From Squalus acanthias (lineage: Eukaryota), in the NCBI GenBank assembly GCA_030390025.1, contig CM059429.1, forward strand, positions 138,570,001-138,634,000: a DNA stretch of 64,000 bases, given 5' to 3'. Position 1 is the first letter of the stretch. Every line of letters starts with the position of its first letter. Made by a program: the position numbers and the translations under genes. Shown here in pieces: positions 1-14,600 of the stretch. The notes below the pieces were generated by a model. It was not told where the DNA came from and did not search any database. It saw nothing but the letters and a program-made list of their open reading frames with translations.

Positions 1-1010
1 AGGTGAAACTAGAACTAGGGGGCATAGTCTTAGAATAAGGGGCTGCTCTTTCAAAACTGAGATGAGAAGGAACTACTTCACTCAGAGGGTGGGAGGTCCA
101 TGGAATATGCTGCCCCAAAAAGCTGTAGAAGCTACATCATTACATAAATTTAAAACAGAAATAGACAGTTTCCTAGAAGTAAAGGGAATTAAAGGTTATG
201 GGGAGCGGGCAGGAATTTGGACATGAGTCTAGGTTCGGATTGGTCATGGCCCTGTGGGTAGCGTAGCGGGCCCTGGGGCCGTGTAGCCTGATCCTGCTCC
301 TATTTCGTGTGTCCAATTCTGTTAGGTTCAGGAGATGGTTCTGTGATAGTAGATTGGCGGTTAGGATCAGATCAGCCATGATCTTATTGAATGGCGGAGC
401 AGGCTCGAGGGGCCAATTGGCCTACTCCTGCTCCTATTTCTTATGTTCTTATACAACCCATGGAGTACTGTGAGCAGTTCAGGGCACCACACTTTAGGAA
501 GGATATATTGGCCTTGGAGGGAGTGCAGTGTAGGTTTACCAGAATGATACCTGGACTTCAAGGGTTAAATTACGAGGAGAGATTACACAAACTAAGGTTG
601 TATTCCCTAGAATTTAGAAGGTTAAGGGGTGATTTGATCGAAGTCTTCAAGATACTAAGGGGAACAGAAAAGGTAGATAGAGAGCAACTATTTCCACTGG
701 TTGGGGATTCTAGGACTACGTGGCATAGTCTAAAAATTAGAGCCAGACCTTTCAGGAGTGAAATTAGGAAACACACAAAGGGTGGTAGAAGTTTGGAACT
801 CTCTTCCGCAAATGGCAATTGATGCTAGATCGCCTGTTAATTTTAAAGCTGAGTTTGATAGCTTTTTGTTAACCAAACATATTAAGGGATATGGGGCAAC
901 GGCGGTATATGGAGTTAGGCCGCAGATCAACCATGATCTCCTTGAATGGCGAAAGAGGCTCGAGGAGCTAAATGGCCTACTACTGTTCCTATGTTCCTAT
1001 GTTCTTCCTA
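1..1010 (+). mobile_element. Cluster of CR1 LINE 3' fragments
   Basis: ORF 391-822 contains the CR1 ORF2 C-terminus (RLYSLEFRRLRGDLIEVFKI, VWNSLP). Typical CR1 3' tails ending in (CTATGTT)-like microsatellites at ~445 and ~1000. Confidence 0.8.
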
Positions 1011-1775
1011 TTTAAATACCCCAGATGGATTTTTCTGGGCTGGCGAGTGAGAAAGAAAGAATTAAAGATGGCACAGGTGGGAATTGGGTTGGTCAGGAAT
1101 TTCCTCATCATCCTCTTTCAATTTCCTCATCATCTTCCTCTTTCTCCTCAGCAGCATCTTGCTATGACTCATCTAAGGGGGAAAATCAAATGGAAAGATT
1201 TTAATCATGTAGACTGGTTACTGGATGTCACAGCGCAATTTGAAGGAGGCTGATCAGGTGGCTTACATGTGTGCTAAGTGTGCACAAGCCACAATTATGG
1301 CAAGCTCTGGTGGTTCTGACAGTCCTGCAGCTCCTATTGAGACTCTATCTTGTCCCTTCCAACAGATTCTTCTGTCTGCCTCTGCTGAATCTGCTGAATC
1401 TGCAAGGCTTCCTCCTCTTGTGGCGGCAATGGTCCAATATTTGTGGGTCCTCCACCTGTAGCCTGTAACTCGGTATTGTTTTGGGAGACATTCTCTTGTG
1501 ATGAAGTGTAGAAGAGAATAGATAGGAGTTCAATATTGACAGCAGAGTAATGTCTCTTGTTCCAAAAGCACCACCCGTCAGCTTCTGACAGGGGCTGAGA
1601 CCTGCACAGTGTAAGTGATGGCATTTCAGGAGGCATGCTCATGTGTGCCACTTCTAGAGAGGGCTCATCTTATTCTTGCAATTATTCCAGGGTGGAGATA
1701 AGGATGGAAACGTAACATTTGAGCCTTATATCGCAGGGAGGTTCATTCCTGAGGAGCTCACAGTTTTCACAGGTT

Positions 1776-4350
1776 ATGAGAATAGAATGGCAGCTAACAT
1801 AAAAGGTAATCCAAAAGTCTTCTATAGGCATACAAATAGTAAATGGGTAGTAAGAGGAGGGGTGGGGCTGATTAGAGACCAAAAAGGAGACCTACGCATG
1901 GAGGCAGAGGGTATGGCTGAGGTGCGAAATGAGTACTTTGCATCTGTCTTCACCAAGGAGGAAGATGCTGCCATAGACATAGTGAAGGAGGAGGTAGAGG
2001 AGATACTGGATGGGATAAAAATGTATAAAGAGGAGGTACTAGAAAGGCTGGCTGTACTTAAAGTAGATAAGTCACCAGGACCAGATGGGATGCATCCTAG
2101 GACACACGGATGTGAAGGAAGAAGTCGCGGAGGTACTGGCCATAATCTTCCAATCCTCCTTAGAAACGGGGGTGGTGCCAGAGGACTGGAGAATTGCAAA
2201 TGTTACAGCCTTGTTCAAAAAAAGGTGTAAAGATAAACCCAGCAACTACAGGCCAGTTAGTTTAACGTCGGTAGTGGGGAAGCTTTTAGAAACAATAATC
2301 AGGGACAAAATTAACAGTCACTTGGACAAGTGTGAATGAATTAAGGAAAGTCAGCATGGATTTGTTAAATGCAAATTGTGTTTAACCAACTAGATCGAGT
2401 TTTTTGATGAGGTAACAGAGAGGGTTGATGAGGGCAATGCGGGTGACGTGGTGTACATGGATTTCCAAAAGGCGTTCGACAAAGTGCCACACAATAGGCT
2501 TGTCAGCAAAGTTGATGCCCATGGAATAAAAGGGACAGTGGCAGCATGGATACAAAATTGACTAAGTGACAGGAAACAGAGAGTAGTGGTGAACGGTTGT
2601 TTTTTGGACTGGAGGAAGGTATACAGTGGTGTTCCCCAGGGGTCGGTTCTAGGACCGCTGCTTTTCTTGATGTATATTAATGACTTGGCTGTGGATGTAT
2701 AGGGCACAATTTCAAAATTTGCAGATGACACAAAACTTGGAAGTATAGTGAACAGTGAGGAGGATAGACTTCAAGAGGACATAGACAGGTTGGTAGAATG
2801 GGCGGACACGTGGCAGATGAAATTTAATGAAGTAAAGTGCGAAGTGATACATTTTGGTAGAAAGAATGATGAGAGGAAATATAAACTAAAGGGTACAATT
2901 CTAAAGTGGGTGCATGAACAGAGAGACCTAGGGGTATTGTGCACAAATCGTTGAAGGTGGCAGGGCAGGTTGAGAAAGCAGTTAAAAAAGTTTATGAGAT
3001 CCTGGGCTTCATGAATAGAGGGATAGGGGGTGAAATTGGGTGACTTTGTGCCTCCCATTAGTGCAAACGGGTCGCAAACTGGTTGCGACGCACAGCGCTG
3101 ACATCAACTCCCGCCATATTCGGCAGGAGTTTTGCGGCAGCGCTACAGCATTGCGCCCCGATCTCCATCACCCAGAGATTGTGACATCATCACCATGCGC
3201 TTTGCCCCCGTAGCGCCCCGGACCCGATATTGACTTCCGCCCCCTGCAGCAGCGCTGGTCAAAAACACCGACAGCTGCAGGAGGCGGGCACATCGGGCGG
3301 CCGGACGCTTTGGGGGCGATGATTAAAGGCGAGGTGGCTGAGGTAAGTAAAAAAAAAAACCTTACCTTTCTTGTTCCAGTTTTTTTCCTGGGTTCCTGCC
3401 TGCGATCGATCAGCCCGGCACTCTGCTTGAGTGCTGGGCTGATCACGTGAGATCGCGGCTGCCTTGGTGGTCCAGGCAGGTACTTTTTATATTGCAGAGC
3501 CTGCAGCGATGGCCCTTCCCTTTAAGGGAGGGAAGGAGCCTTTGAACGCGGCAGTGCTGTACGGCCCAGTGTGCAGCGCTGCTGAAGTCTCCGCCCCACC
3601 TGCTGCTGTTTGTGCTCCAAGGAGGAAGTGGACGCTTGATTTAGCGCCCCACTTCCTTCTTGGAGCGCAAACGGTGAATTTTTCAAAAGTTTGAAATCAT
3701 TAGCACCTGGTGCTAACTTGTCAAACTTTTAAAAATTAGCACCCCAGATCTCCCCCTTTGAGTACAAAAGCGTGGAAATTATGATGAACCTTTATAAAAC
3801 ATTGATTCGACCTCAACTGGAGTAATGTGTCCAATTCTGGGCACCGCACTTTAGGAAGGAGGTGAAAGCCTTAGAGAGGGTGCAGAAAAGATTTACAAGA
3901 ATGATTCCAGGGATGAGGGACTTCAGTTATGTGGATAGACTGGAGAAGCTGGGGTTGTTCTCCTTAAAGCAGAGAAGGTTGAGAGGAGATTTGATAGAGG
4001 TGCTCAAAATCATGAGGGGTCTGGACAGAGTAGATAGAGAGAAACTGTTCCCATTGGCGGAAGGATCGAGAACCAGTAGACACAGATTTAAGGTGATTGG
4101 CAGAAGAACCAAAGGTGACATGAGGAAAAACTGGAATGCACTGCCTGAAAGGGTGGTGACGGCAGATTCAATCATGCTTTCAAAAGGGAATAGGATAAGT
4201 ACCTGAAGGAATTTTTTTTGCAGTGCTACGGGGAAAGGGCGGGGGAGTGGGACTAGCTGAAGTGCTCGTGCAGAGAGCCAGCACGGGTTCAAAGGGTGGA
4301 ATGGCCTCCTTCTGTGCCGTAACCATTCTATGATTTTCTATGATTCTATA
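1776..4350 (+). mobile_element. 5'-truncated, degraded CR1 LINE (RT region + 3' UTR), interrupted by a MITE
   Basis: [41 protein letters not shown] and RRLRGDLIEV motifs with frameshifts and stops. Tail (ATTCTATG)n at ~4325-4350. Confidence 0.9.
3026..3756. mobile_element. GC-rich non-autonomous DNA element (Harbinger/MITE-like) inserted into CR1
   Basis: The CR1 sequence AATAGAGGGATA...GAGTACAAAAG is split by ~730 bp with imperfect TIRs GGGGGTGAAATTGG / CCAGATCTCCCCC. Confidence 0.6.
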
Positions 4351-5645
4351 ACGATCAATTGTGTAATTCAGTCCCCAGTAAAAATATCAATACCATTCAA
4401 TAAAAATGGAATTAGATTTTTTCAGTCACTGTAAATAGGCATCCCTGATATTATCTCCTACATTGCATAAATACTCCATATTGTTAAAATCAGCAAATCT
4501 TCCAACTCACCTTGGGCAATGCCATAGGAAATCTACTAGAATAGAATAATAAATAGTTGAAATTGCATAAGAATCTGTAATTTTATGAAAGGATTCAAAT
4601 ATCATAAATCATGGGATCAAGAGTCAGAGAAGGCGGAAATGTAATAAAACTGCAAAAGCTATGAAGGGTTTTGCTAGGGTTAAAAGGGAAAGACTATTTC
4701 CTCTGGTTGGGCGTTGAGTGATGCAGGGCCTTCAATTAAAACTTGCCACCATGAGAGTGAGGAGGAAGGTTTGGGGAAATTCCTTTACACAGAAAGCTGT
4801 TGGAAAATAGACTTGTGCCACAAACCATAGTTGAATCAAAGGGCGTTCATTTTTAAAGGAAAACTGGGTAAATATTTGAAGCAGATGAAGACACAGAACT
4901 ATGGGGACAAAGGGATTAGTTCGGGATTGCTCCAGCAAAGAGCTGGCACGGCCACGAATGCCTTTCTTCCATGCTGTAAAGTTGTCGAGTTGTAAATGGT
5001 TATAGACATTAACTAAACTCTGAGATGGAATTACAATAGTTCGTTTCCATGTAGATTCTACCTACACGTTATCATCTCAATAAAGTGAAAACAATGTGAA
5101 CAAACAGATAACGGTAGGGCAGAAATTTCACTCAAGGATGACGAGGCTTCACAACAGAATGTGTAATACAGGATGAAACAGATTGACATCGGTCAGTAAC
5201 ACATCACGCAGCTCAGGTGATCTCATAAACCAAATGAATATTTTCTCGGTGTTACCTGATGTCCGGGCGAGTTCCATCAGCTAGAATTCGTGTGGTTTAC
5301 AGATGTATTTATTTTTGAATTTTTAAAGAAAGTTGTTGATGTCGGGGTCGGGTGATTGTACCACTCAGTATAAAATGACATGATACTGTATTACCAGGTT
5401 GAACTGCAATGATACAGGATTTTGCTGCACTGCATGTTAGGGGGAAATACATTTCAATTGCACAGAAGGAATGAAGAGACCGCCACATATATTTAGTTGA
5501 ACTATTCCATTCGGACTGCAACCATCCCCCGGTGTGATGTGACGCACTGTGCGCTACAACCGCAATAATCTCCCAGCGATCTTAATATTCTTTAGACCAG
5601 CCAACAGGTCTAACCAACCGGTGACTCGGTGCTTTCTTCAGCAAT

Positions 5646-5694
5646 ATGGCTCCATTTAGAAACATTGTTCTCAAACTCTGGCTCCTTGTCTTAG
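5646..5694 (+). CDS. Exon 1, signal peptide (MAPFRNIVLKLWLLVL-G)
   Basis: ATG at 5646, hydrophobic leader, donor G|GTAAGC at 5694/5695. Phase 1 split leader as in Ig/TCR-type genes. Confidence 0.85.
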
Positions 5695-8600
5695 GTAAGC
5701 ATTCACTCTTACCCCAATTGACAGTTATTCTAGTTGGACTCAGATAATTTGAATGTCATGTTCCTACTTGTTGTAATTTTATGTCCCAGGGCCTGCTGTC
5801 GGTCTGAAAGTGATCCAGTCTCCTTTAGCTCTGTCCCTCCTGAGAGGACAGACAGCTCGGATCAACTGCACCCTGTTACCCGGAGAGGAGCGGCTGGATT
5901 CGGGGAGATATTATTGGTTTAGGACAAGAGACAATCCTGGTATCAGAGGCAACAAAACTAGGAATGTCCTCAATAAAAGCTCTCGTGTGTCTCTATCTGA
6001 GGGCTCGCTTATCATCCGGGAGGTGATTGTGGACGATTCCGACACTTACCACTGCCTGGTTCTTAGAGAGGAGCCTCGGCCCTGGAAAGAATTTACAGGA
6101 GAGGGAACAGAACTGAACATCCAAGGTAATTAGATGAACCAAAACTGAAATAGTTCAATGTATTGGGGCAAAGGAATCAGAACTCGCTCCACACACATAT
6201 CTAATCTGGGACTGACATGCTCTGTGCACTGGAGACTGGACTGAATACACCAGCGTTTAACTTTAATTCCACAATATCCATTAAACAACAGGGGCTTTCA
6301 TATAGTTTGAAGAAAAACATCCAAAAGACAAAACTGTAGAATGCTGATACCAATACTAACAGCGGAATATAATTTATATAACAAGCGAATTGCAAATAGA
6401 GAAACTGATTTTGTGAAATAAGTATTGTCATTTTATTTCAATTTTCTTGATGATATTGGTCCAAAGAAAAACAAAGGGAATTTGTACCCGAACGAAACTT
6501 ACTGTAAAGTAACGGGATATTATTGAGGCTCGTTTTCCATTCTGTTCCGTGTGTTGGATTTTATTATATATAAACCTAGTGATTTGTATATTGAGACATA
6601 ATCTAATCAAATTGATTCTTCAGTTTCTCATTTAGTTTCAAATATGCACAAGTTTAAATCTTTTTTGTACAGTTGCACTCTATATAAGGTCGGGCAGCAT
6701 CTGTGGAGAGAGAAGCAAAGGGATTGTTTCAGGTCGATGACCTGTCGATTCTCTCTCCACAGCTGCTGCCCGACCTGCTGAGTATTTCCAGCATTTTCTG
6801 TTTTGATTCCAGACTTCCAGCATCCGCTGTATTTTGATTTGTCTCTCTATATATTTGCTATAACTCAGATTGATATAACTTGTGATATTTTAATGTTTAT
6901 TTAGCGGAACCTGAAGTCTATCTCTCTGCGGATCCCGAGAATGAAGTTGTTGGGATTCAGTCTCTGACTTGTGTGGCGGCGGGATTTTTCCCGAGAGGTC
7001 TGAACATTTCTTGGATTGTAGCGGGAGATGTATCCTATCAAATAGAACCGGACTCCCTGACAGGAAACAGTGACGGCACCTTCAACCTGAGCTCCCGGCT
7101 GCGGATTACAGACACTCACTGGGACCCGGGAACCGCCGTCACCTGTCAGATTCAACACGTTACACTGAAAGTGTCAGTGAGGAAAAGTTTCAGTGACAGC
7201 GGAGGTAAGTTGTTGACAAAGGGAATAAAGCTGCTCCCAGTTACTGTTAATATATGGAGGTAAAAATAGTAATTTTATGTAACCACGCGTAAAAGGCGAC
7301 TCATTAATCCGGATAGAATTACAAAAGGTAACGCGCGATGTGCACACCGGAGGTCTCAATTTTTAACGCGTAGCAATAAACAAATTGCACGTTTCAATAA
7401 ATTACATTGATGCAATACAGACGCTGTGTTTTATTGCTAAATATTACAGATAATGATGGTATGTCGAGAAGGCGGGTGAATTGAGTTAGGCAACATTAAC
7501 CAACTAGACTGAAACACAAAACAGCTGGAAATGCACAGCAGCTGGGACCAGAGCTATTCATCTCAAACATTGACAGGTCTTCTTTACCGATGCGAACAGA
7601 CCTGCCATGTATTTCCAACATATTTTTTTTACTGATGCCGACTAGATAGATTCGCTTCTAGTGTTTTACAGCAGAGAATAACTCAAAGAAATACAAAAAT
7701 GGAGCGAGTTAAAAACCTTTGTTCTTACACTGAGCTGTTTCAGGGCTCGTTTATAAACCGTCCGCTGTGGAATCGGTTTTAACTGCCGAGTTCTGGTTTG
7801 ACACGGACAGACTCGATAAAATATGATTAAAAAGCAGTCATTAAATGTCCTTCGTGTAACTGAAAAGTTCTACATCATTGAATGAATTTCATTTATTCTG
7901 GCTTCATAAATCGACAGAGGAAAAGTCGCCGGGAACCAGAATGGGCAAGTTTAAACAGTACAAAACAGACATCTCGATCGCACAGTTTATGCCCCAGAGC
8001 CGCTTTACTGCTCACTCTGACTTACCTTGATTTCCATATTTGAAAAGGAAGAATGTAGAAGGGTGGGGGGAGGACAGGGAATTGAGATAAGGTTAGGTAA
8101 AAGCTAGCACGGTCACATAAGCAGTGGGCCGAATGGTCTCCCCCTTGTGCTGTCATTCCTATGATTCCGATTAACAACCATTTGCCACTGAACCAGTTGA
8201 CAGAATTCTCAATTTTGTAGCAGCTGTGAATAAAATGCAGACATTTGCAATGTGGCGTTTATGTCCGCAAAAAAAGCGCCCAATATTACCAGACACATTT
8301 ACATGCCTTCCGCCAAGTCTCCACCTATTGATTCTGTTATAATACCAGCTGTATACAGGCCATCGTCTTGATTTCAGGCAATAGGTGATAGAACACCACT
8401 ACCACGCGTTGGGCACATATACCAGCTTCATTCAATAGCAACATTCTGCGGATGCTGGCAATCTGAAATAACAGAAAATGTTGGAAACACTCAGCAGGTC
8501 AGGCAGCATCCGTGGAGAGAGAGAAACAGAGTTAACGTTTCAGGTCTGGGACCCTTCTTCAGAACTGGAAAAGGCTAGAGATGTAACAGATGTAAGGGTC

Positions 8601-11600
8601 CCAGACCTGAAACGTTAACTCTGTTTCTCTCTCCACGGATGCTGCCTGGCCTGCTGAGTATTTCCAGCATTTTCTGTTGTACCAGCTTCATTGTTTGGTT
8701 AAATTACAAAGCATGTTAAGATTTTAGATTCTGAAGGAGAGTATGAGCGAGTAAAAGCCACTGTGTCCATTCAGTTCATCCCTTCACACCTCAGGGCATT
8801 AAAAGGCTCTGTATCTCGTTTCTATCCCTGCTTATTAAAGCTCAATTAGTAATAATTATTTAATTCCCCAATCTCGACATTTTTTTTACAAGTACCCTCT
8901 TCTTTAAGTTAATATATACAAATGAAACAGCGAGAAAACAGATTTAAAACATACAAAGATATCGTTTAGCCGCTAGCAGGGTTGAGAGCTATGGTTATAC
9001 AGCCCGCTTTAAGCGCTTGAGAGGGTGGCTACTGGGCGATGACATGTATGGGCGCATTGGATTTGTACGTCTGCAGGAAGCTTTGCATAGTAATCTTGGA
9101 CAGCAGTGAATTATTACTGACTTGAGAAGTATTCTATAATTGGGACTGCAGCGGCCTGCCTTAGGCTACCCGTGTTTGGTTGATGCAAAGTGGGTTTTTT
9201 GGGTGCACATCAATACAGAAGTGGCATTATAACTCAGAAGACTGCAGAATGCACTAAAGTCGTTGGGGTATAAGATTTCCTTCTGGAGGCTACCTCGCAA
9301 TGGTTTCTGTTTCCAAAGTGTGCAGTATAAATCCAGTCTTAATTTTTTTATTTAATATTTTCTGCTGTCATTAGCATACCTGTCAGACCAGAAAACTAAC
9401 TAAAGCTGACCAACTGCTTCAGAAAAGCTCACACAGCCCCAGAAAAGCTGGTAGCTCAATAATAGGACTCAATACAGGCCTCTCCACACATGGAGTTAGA
9501 CTGAGAGTGTAGTGGGATATGGGCTTGCCATAACAATCTGCAGACATAGCCAGCATATACAAACACACAGCGACAGTGGTGATTTAGCAATGACTGAAGA
9601 TGGATGCAAATGCTGAAGGCATGAGATTTATTTTCAACAACAACAACTTGCATTTACATAGCACCTTTAACATAGTAAAACATCCCAAGACGCTTCACAG
9701 GAGCTATTATCAAACAACATTTGACACCAAGCCATATTTAAAAAAATCAAATGAAATTCGTCACCTCACCAATCTCATCCCTATTTTATTTCCAAACTCA
9801 GGCAATTCTGTAACTGAGGTCATCTGTATTCTCAAATGAAGTTAGTTGGTGCATTCAGACCAGGGAACATCACATTATCTCAAAAAGGCAGCTGCAACCA
9901 CCCTTTAAGAAAAGAAGCCTTCATATGAAACAACAATCCCCCTCATAGTTCCTTTGAGGAAAACAAAAGTTTGAAAAACTGTATTTTAGCAGCTTATCTG
10001 TTATATATAACTTCTTTGGGACCAAACATTAAGTACACACACCTATACAAACACACAGCGACAGTGGTGATTTAGCAATGACTGAAGATGGATGCAAATG
10101 CTGAAGGCATGAGATTTATTTTCAACAACAACAACTTGCATTTACATAGCACCTTTAACATAGTAAAACATCCCAAGACGCTTCACAGGAGCTATTATCA
10201 AACAACATTTGGGCAACACGGTGGCATAGTGGTTAGCACTGTTGCCTCACAGCGCCAGGGACCCGGGTTCGAATCCGGCCTCGGTTAACTGTCTGTGTGG
10301 AGTTTGCACATTCTCCCCGTGTCTGCGTGGGTTTCCTCCGGGTGCTCCGGTTTCCTCCCACAGTCCAAAGATGTGCAAGTTAGGTTGATTTGGCTATGAT
10401 AAAATTGACCCTTAGTGTTAGGGGGATTAAATATGTGGGGTTACGGGGATAGGGTGGGATATGTGCAGGCTCGATGGGCTGAAATGGCCTCTATCTGCAT
10501 TGTGGGGATTCTATGACCTAAATGTGACTCTCAGAAACCAGCAGTTAATTTCCAATTGTTCACCTCAAATTTGCAACCAAGAAATAATGAAAGTAGCATC
10601 TGATTGATTCCAGTTCTACCCTCCAACCAGTCCAGTCCTGACAGGCTCCAGTTCCAACTTTCAAATGATCTGATTGATTATACTGACAACCTCCAATGAA
10701 CCTGAAAAAAAAGTTGAAATTTCTTGTGAAACACTGACAAACTGGCAGGTTGAAATATTAACTGTCAGCTTGAAACACTGACGGCTGTCATGTATGCACT
10801 GATGCGAATTAAAAATAGCGCAAGTATACACGGACAACTTGCTTATTATTAGCTGACCAGGGCAACATTACAGTTGGATATAGCCAAAGGTATGGGATGA
10901 GGGGATGGGAAGGAGAAAGAATGCATAAACATTGTAAAGTAGTTCTGCAAATAGCCGGCATAATTTGAGCAGGGAGTTGAGGTTAAGCTGCCACTTCAAG
11001 CCTGTACAACTGCTGTAGCAGCGGTGGGGGAGAGGGTTCAGTAAGGTGATGGCAGAGCATTGGTATTGTGCACTCAAGTTACATGGATAATTTGCTTCTT
11101 ATTATCTGACCATGGTAAATTTATTACTGTTAGTTTAGATTAGCTATGGAAAAGGACAGGGAGCAAGCTAGAGTAAAAATACTTAATTGGAGGAGGGCCA
11201 ATTTCAGTGGGTTGAGAACAGATCTGGCCCGGGTAAATTGGAATCAATGATTGGCAGGCAAAACTGTAATCGATCAATGGGCTACCTTTAAAGAGGAGAT
11301 GGTTCGGTACAGTTGAGGTACATTCCCACGAGGGGGAAAGGTAGGGCAGCAAAAGCCAGAGCTCCTTGGATGACGAAAGAGATAGAGAGCAGGATGAATC
11401 AGAAAAGGGGCTGTATGACAGCTGTCAGGTTGAGAATACAAGTGAGAACCAGGCTGAATATAGAAATTTCAGAGGGGAAGTGAAAAAGGAAATAAGAGGG
11501 GCAAAAAGAGAATATGAGAATAGACAGGCAGCTAACATAAAAGGGAATCCAAAAGTCTTCTATAAGCATATAAATAGTAAATGAGTAGTAAGAGGGGTGG

Positions 11601-14600
11601 GGCTGATTAGGGACCAAAAAGGAGACCTACGCATTGAGGCAGAGGGCATGGCTGAGGTACTAAATAAGTATTTTGCATCTGTCTTTGACAAGGAAGAAGA
11701 TGCTGCCAAAGTCATAGTGAAAGAGGAGATAGTTGAGATACTGGATGGGATAAAACTTGATAAAGAGGTGGTACTGGAAAGGTTGGCTTTACTTAAAGTG
11801 GATAAGTCACCAGGACTGGATGGGATGCATCCTAGGATGCTGAGGGAAGTAAAGGTGGAAATTGCAGAGATACTGGCCATAATCTTCCAATCCACCTTAA
11901 AAATGGGGGTGGTGCCAGAGGACTGGAGAATTGCAAATGTCACAGCCTTGTTCAAAAAAGGGTGTAAGGATAAACCCAGCAACTACAGACCAGTCAGTTT
12001 AACCTCGGTAGTGGGGAAGCTTTTAGAAACGATAATCTGGGACAAAATTGGCAGTCACTTGGACAAGTGTGGATTAATTAAGGAAAGCCAGCACAGATTT
12101 GTTAAAGGCAAATCGTGTTTAACTAACTTGATTGAGTCTTTTGATGAGGTAACAGAGAGGGTTGATGTGGTGTACATGGACTTCCAAAAGGCGTTTGATA
12201 AAGTGCCACATAATAGGCTTGCCAGCAAAATTGAAGCCCATGGAATAAAAAGGACAGTGGCAGCATGGATACGAAATTGGCTAAGTGACAGGAAACAGAG
12301 AGTAGTGGTGAACAATTGTTTTTCGAACTATAGTGGTGTTCCCCAGGGGTCGGTACTAGGACCACTGCTTTTCTTGATATATATTAATGACTTGGACTTG
12401 GGTGTACACGGCACAATTTCAAAATTTGCAGATGACACAAAACTTGGAAGTATAGTGAACAGTGAAGAGGATAGTGATAGACTTCAAGAGGACATAGACA
12501 GGCTGGTGGAACGGGCGGACACATGGCAGATGAAATTTAACGCAGAAAAGTGCAAAGTGATACATTTTGGTACGAAGAACGAGGAGAGACAATATAAACT
12601 AAAGGGTACAATTCTAAAGGGGATGCATGAACAGAGAGACCTGGGGGTATATATGCACAAATGGTTGAAGGTGGCAGGGCAGGTTGAGAAAACAGTTAAA
12701 AAAGCATACAAGATCCTGGGCTACATAAATAGAGGCATAGAGTACAGAAGCAAGGAAATTATGATGAACCTTTATAAAACACAGGTTCGGCCTCAACTGG
12801 AGTATTGTGTCCAATTCTGGGCACCACACTTTAGGAAGGAGGTGAAGGCCTTAGAGAGGGTGCAGAAAAGATTTACAAGAATGGTTCCCGGGATGAGAGA
12901 CTTCAGTTACGTGGATAGACTGGAGAAGCTGGGGTTGTTCTCCTTAGAGCAGAGAAGGTTGAGAGGAGATTTGATAGAGGTGTTCAAAATCATGAGGGGT
13001 CTAGACAGAATAGATAGAGGAGAAACTGTTCCCAAATGGGGGAAGGGTCGAGAACCAAAGGACACAGGTTTAAGGCGATTGGCAGAAGAACCAAAGGCGA
13101 CATGAGGAAAACCTTTTCACGCAGTGAGTGGTTAGGATCTGGAATGCACTTCCTGAAAGGGTGGTGGAGGCAGATTCAGTCATTCCTTTCAAAAGGGAAT
13201 TGGATAAGTACTTGAAGGAAAAAAAATGCAGGGCTACGGGGAAAGGGCGGGGGAGTGGGACTAGCTGAAGTGCTCTTGCAGAGAGCCGGCATGGGCTTGA
13301 CAGGCTGAATGGCCTCCTTCTCTGCTGTAACCATTCTATGATTCTATCATGAAGTGTTAGGGAATGGAAGCACAGCTGGCTGTCTTAGCTTTTAAAGTTA
13401 TTTTTGAATATCTGTACAGTTATTTGGTACAAAGTAAAAATATCACAAGAACATTTCTTAGGGTGCAGTAATTTTGCAATGATGCAAAGTGATTTTGGAT
13501 GTTGTTCAATTAAAAGTGGTAATATAACTCAGGAAGTTACTCAGCACATTAAAACAGTGTGGTGTGAGATCCCTGCAGACAGTGATAACATCCCTCATGA
13601 ATAATAAGAATATTACCATAGAGACCTAGGACTCCATGGCGGAATGGGCTTTCTCCTCCAACCAATAAAAGACTGCTACATTTCTTTGAGGATTATTAGT
13701 AGAAATAGGATAATGCATGATTATGTAATATTACTATTTCTACAAATGGAAGTTTTCTTGACATCTATCCTCAATGGAGTTCCTGCTGGGTGAATCCTAT
13801 TGGTATAGTTCACAAGAACAAGTCAACTCAAAAACTCAGAAATTACAGATGTTAAATATATTTCTGATTCAATATATGGTTTAAATAATATATGAAGATG
13901 CATATTTAAAAGTGTTGCATGTAATGTAATATATATCACTTATGTTTGTAATTAATTGCAACTAATTGTTTTGATTCACATTTCAATTGTAATTTTGAAG
14001 GTATTCCCAAGTACTACTATTACTTCAGCCTGCTGAGTCTTATCCTCATTGTACTATTTTGTCTCTGGATCATTAAGAGTCAGTGCAGTAAACTGAAGAA
14101 TGGAAAAGGTAATCAGATACAATGTACATTTTATTTTGTAACTGAACTAAACATATCAAAAGTGAAAATTGTATTTAAATTGTATTTAGAAGAAATAATT
14201 CCAACAAAAAATAATGTAAAAAATGAAAACCAATTTCATATTCCATCTAAAATTCACTTTTTGGAAAGAACATATTAACATAACCTGTAAAATTAATATA
14301 GTTAAGCTAAGGGAACTGTACTAATATAGGTTTATATGATTTTTTTTAACATAGCTAACTATAAATATCTTTGCATCCAAATATCCTAACATAGTTTTCA
14401 TGTGTAAATGATGAAGCCTCAGATGTAAGGTAAAAATGGGAATGGTGATACTCACTAGTATCTAAAAGTTATAGACTCTTTTTATTGTTGCTTCTCACTG
14501 CATACACCACTATACTATATGTTACACTAAGACATTTCTAATATTCATGATATTCATATAGATTCATCGATCCATGACAAAAATGTTGATGATCAAATAA

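Noticed and set aside
5790-7204. Rearranging Ig light chain or TCR locus
   Set aside because: No heptamer/nonamer RSS seen by the V exon, V and J-like parts are contiguous, the TM lacks charged/CART residues and the tail has ITIMs.
10211-10285. tRNA gene (also 21065, 29299, 58590, 62507)
   Set aside because: Box A/B-containing heads continue into SINE/LINE bodies; these are tRNA-derived, not tRNA genes.
11597-13105. Domesticated or host reverse transcriptase gene
   Set aside because: Ordinary 5'-truncated CR1 copy with upstream stops, small deletions in RT and a frameshifted C-terminus.
7205-14000. Second C1 exon (would make V-C1-C1 like SIRP-alpha)
   Set aside because: No Ig-like reading frame with splice sites was found; the intron is mostly repeats. 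A very short exon cannot be excluded.
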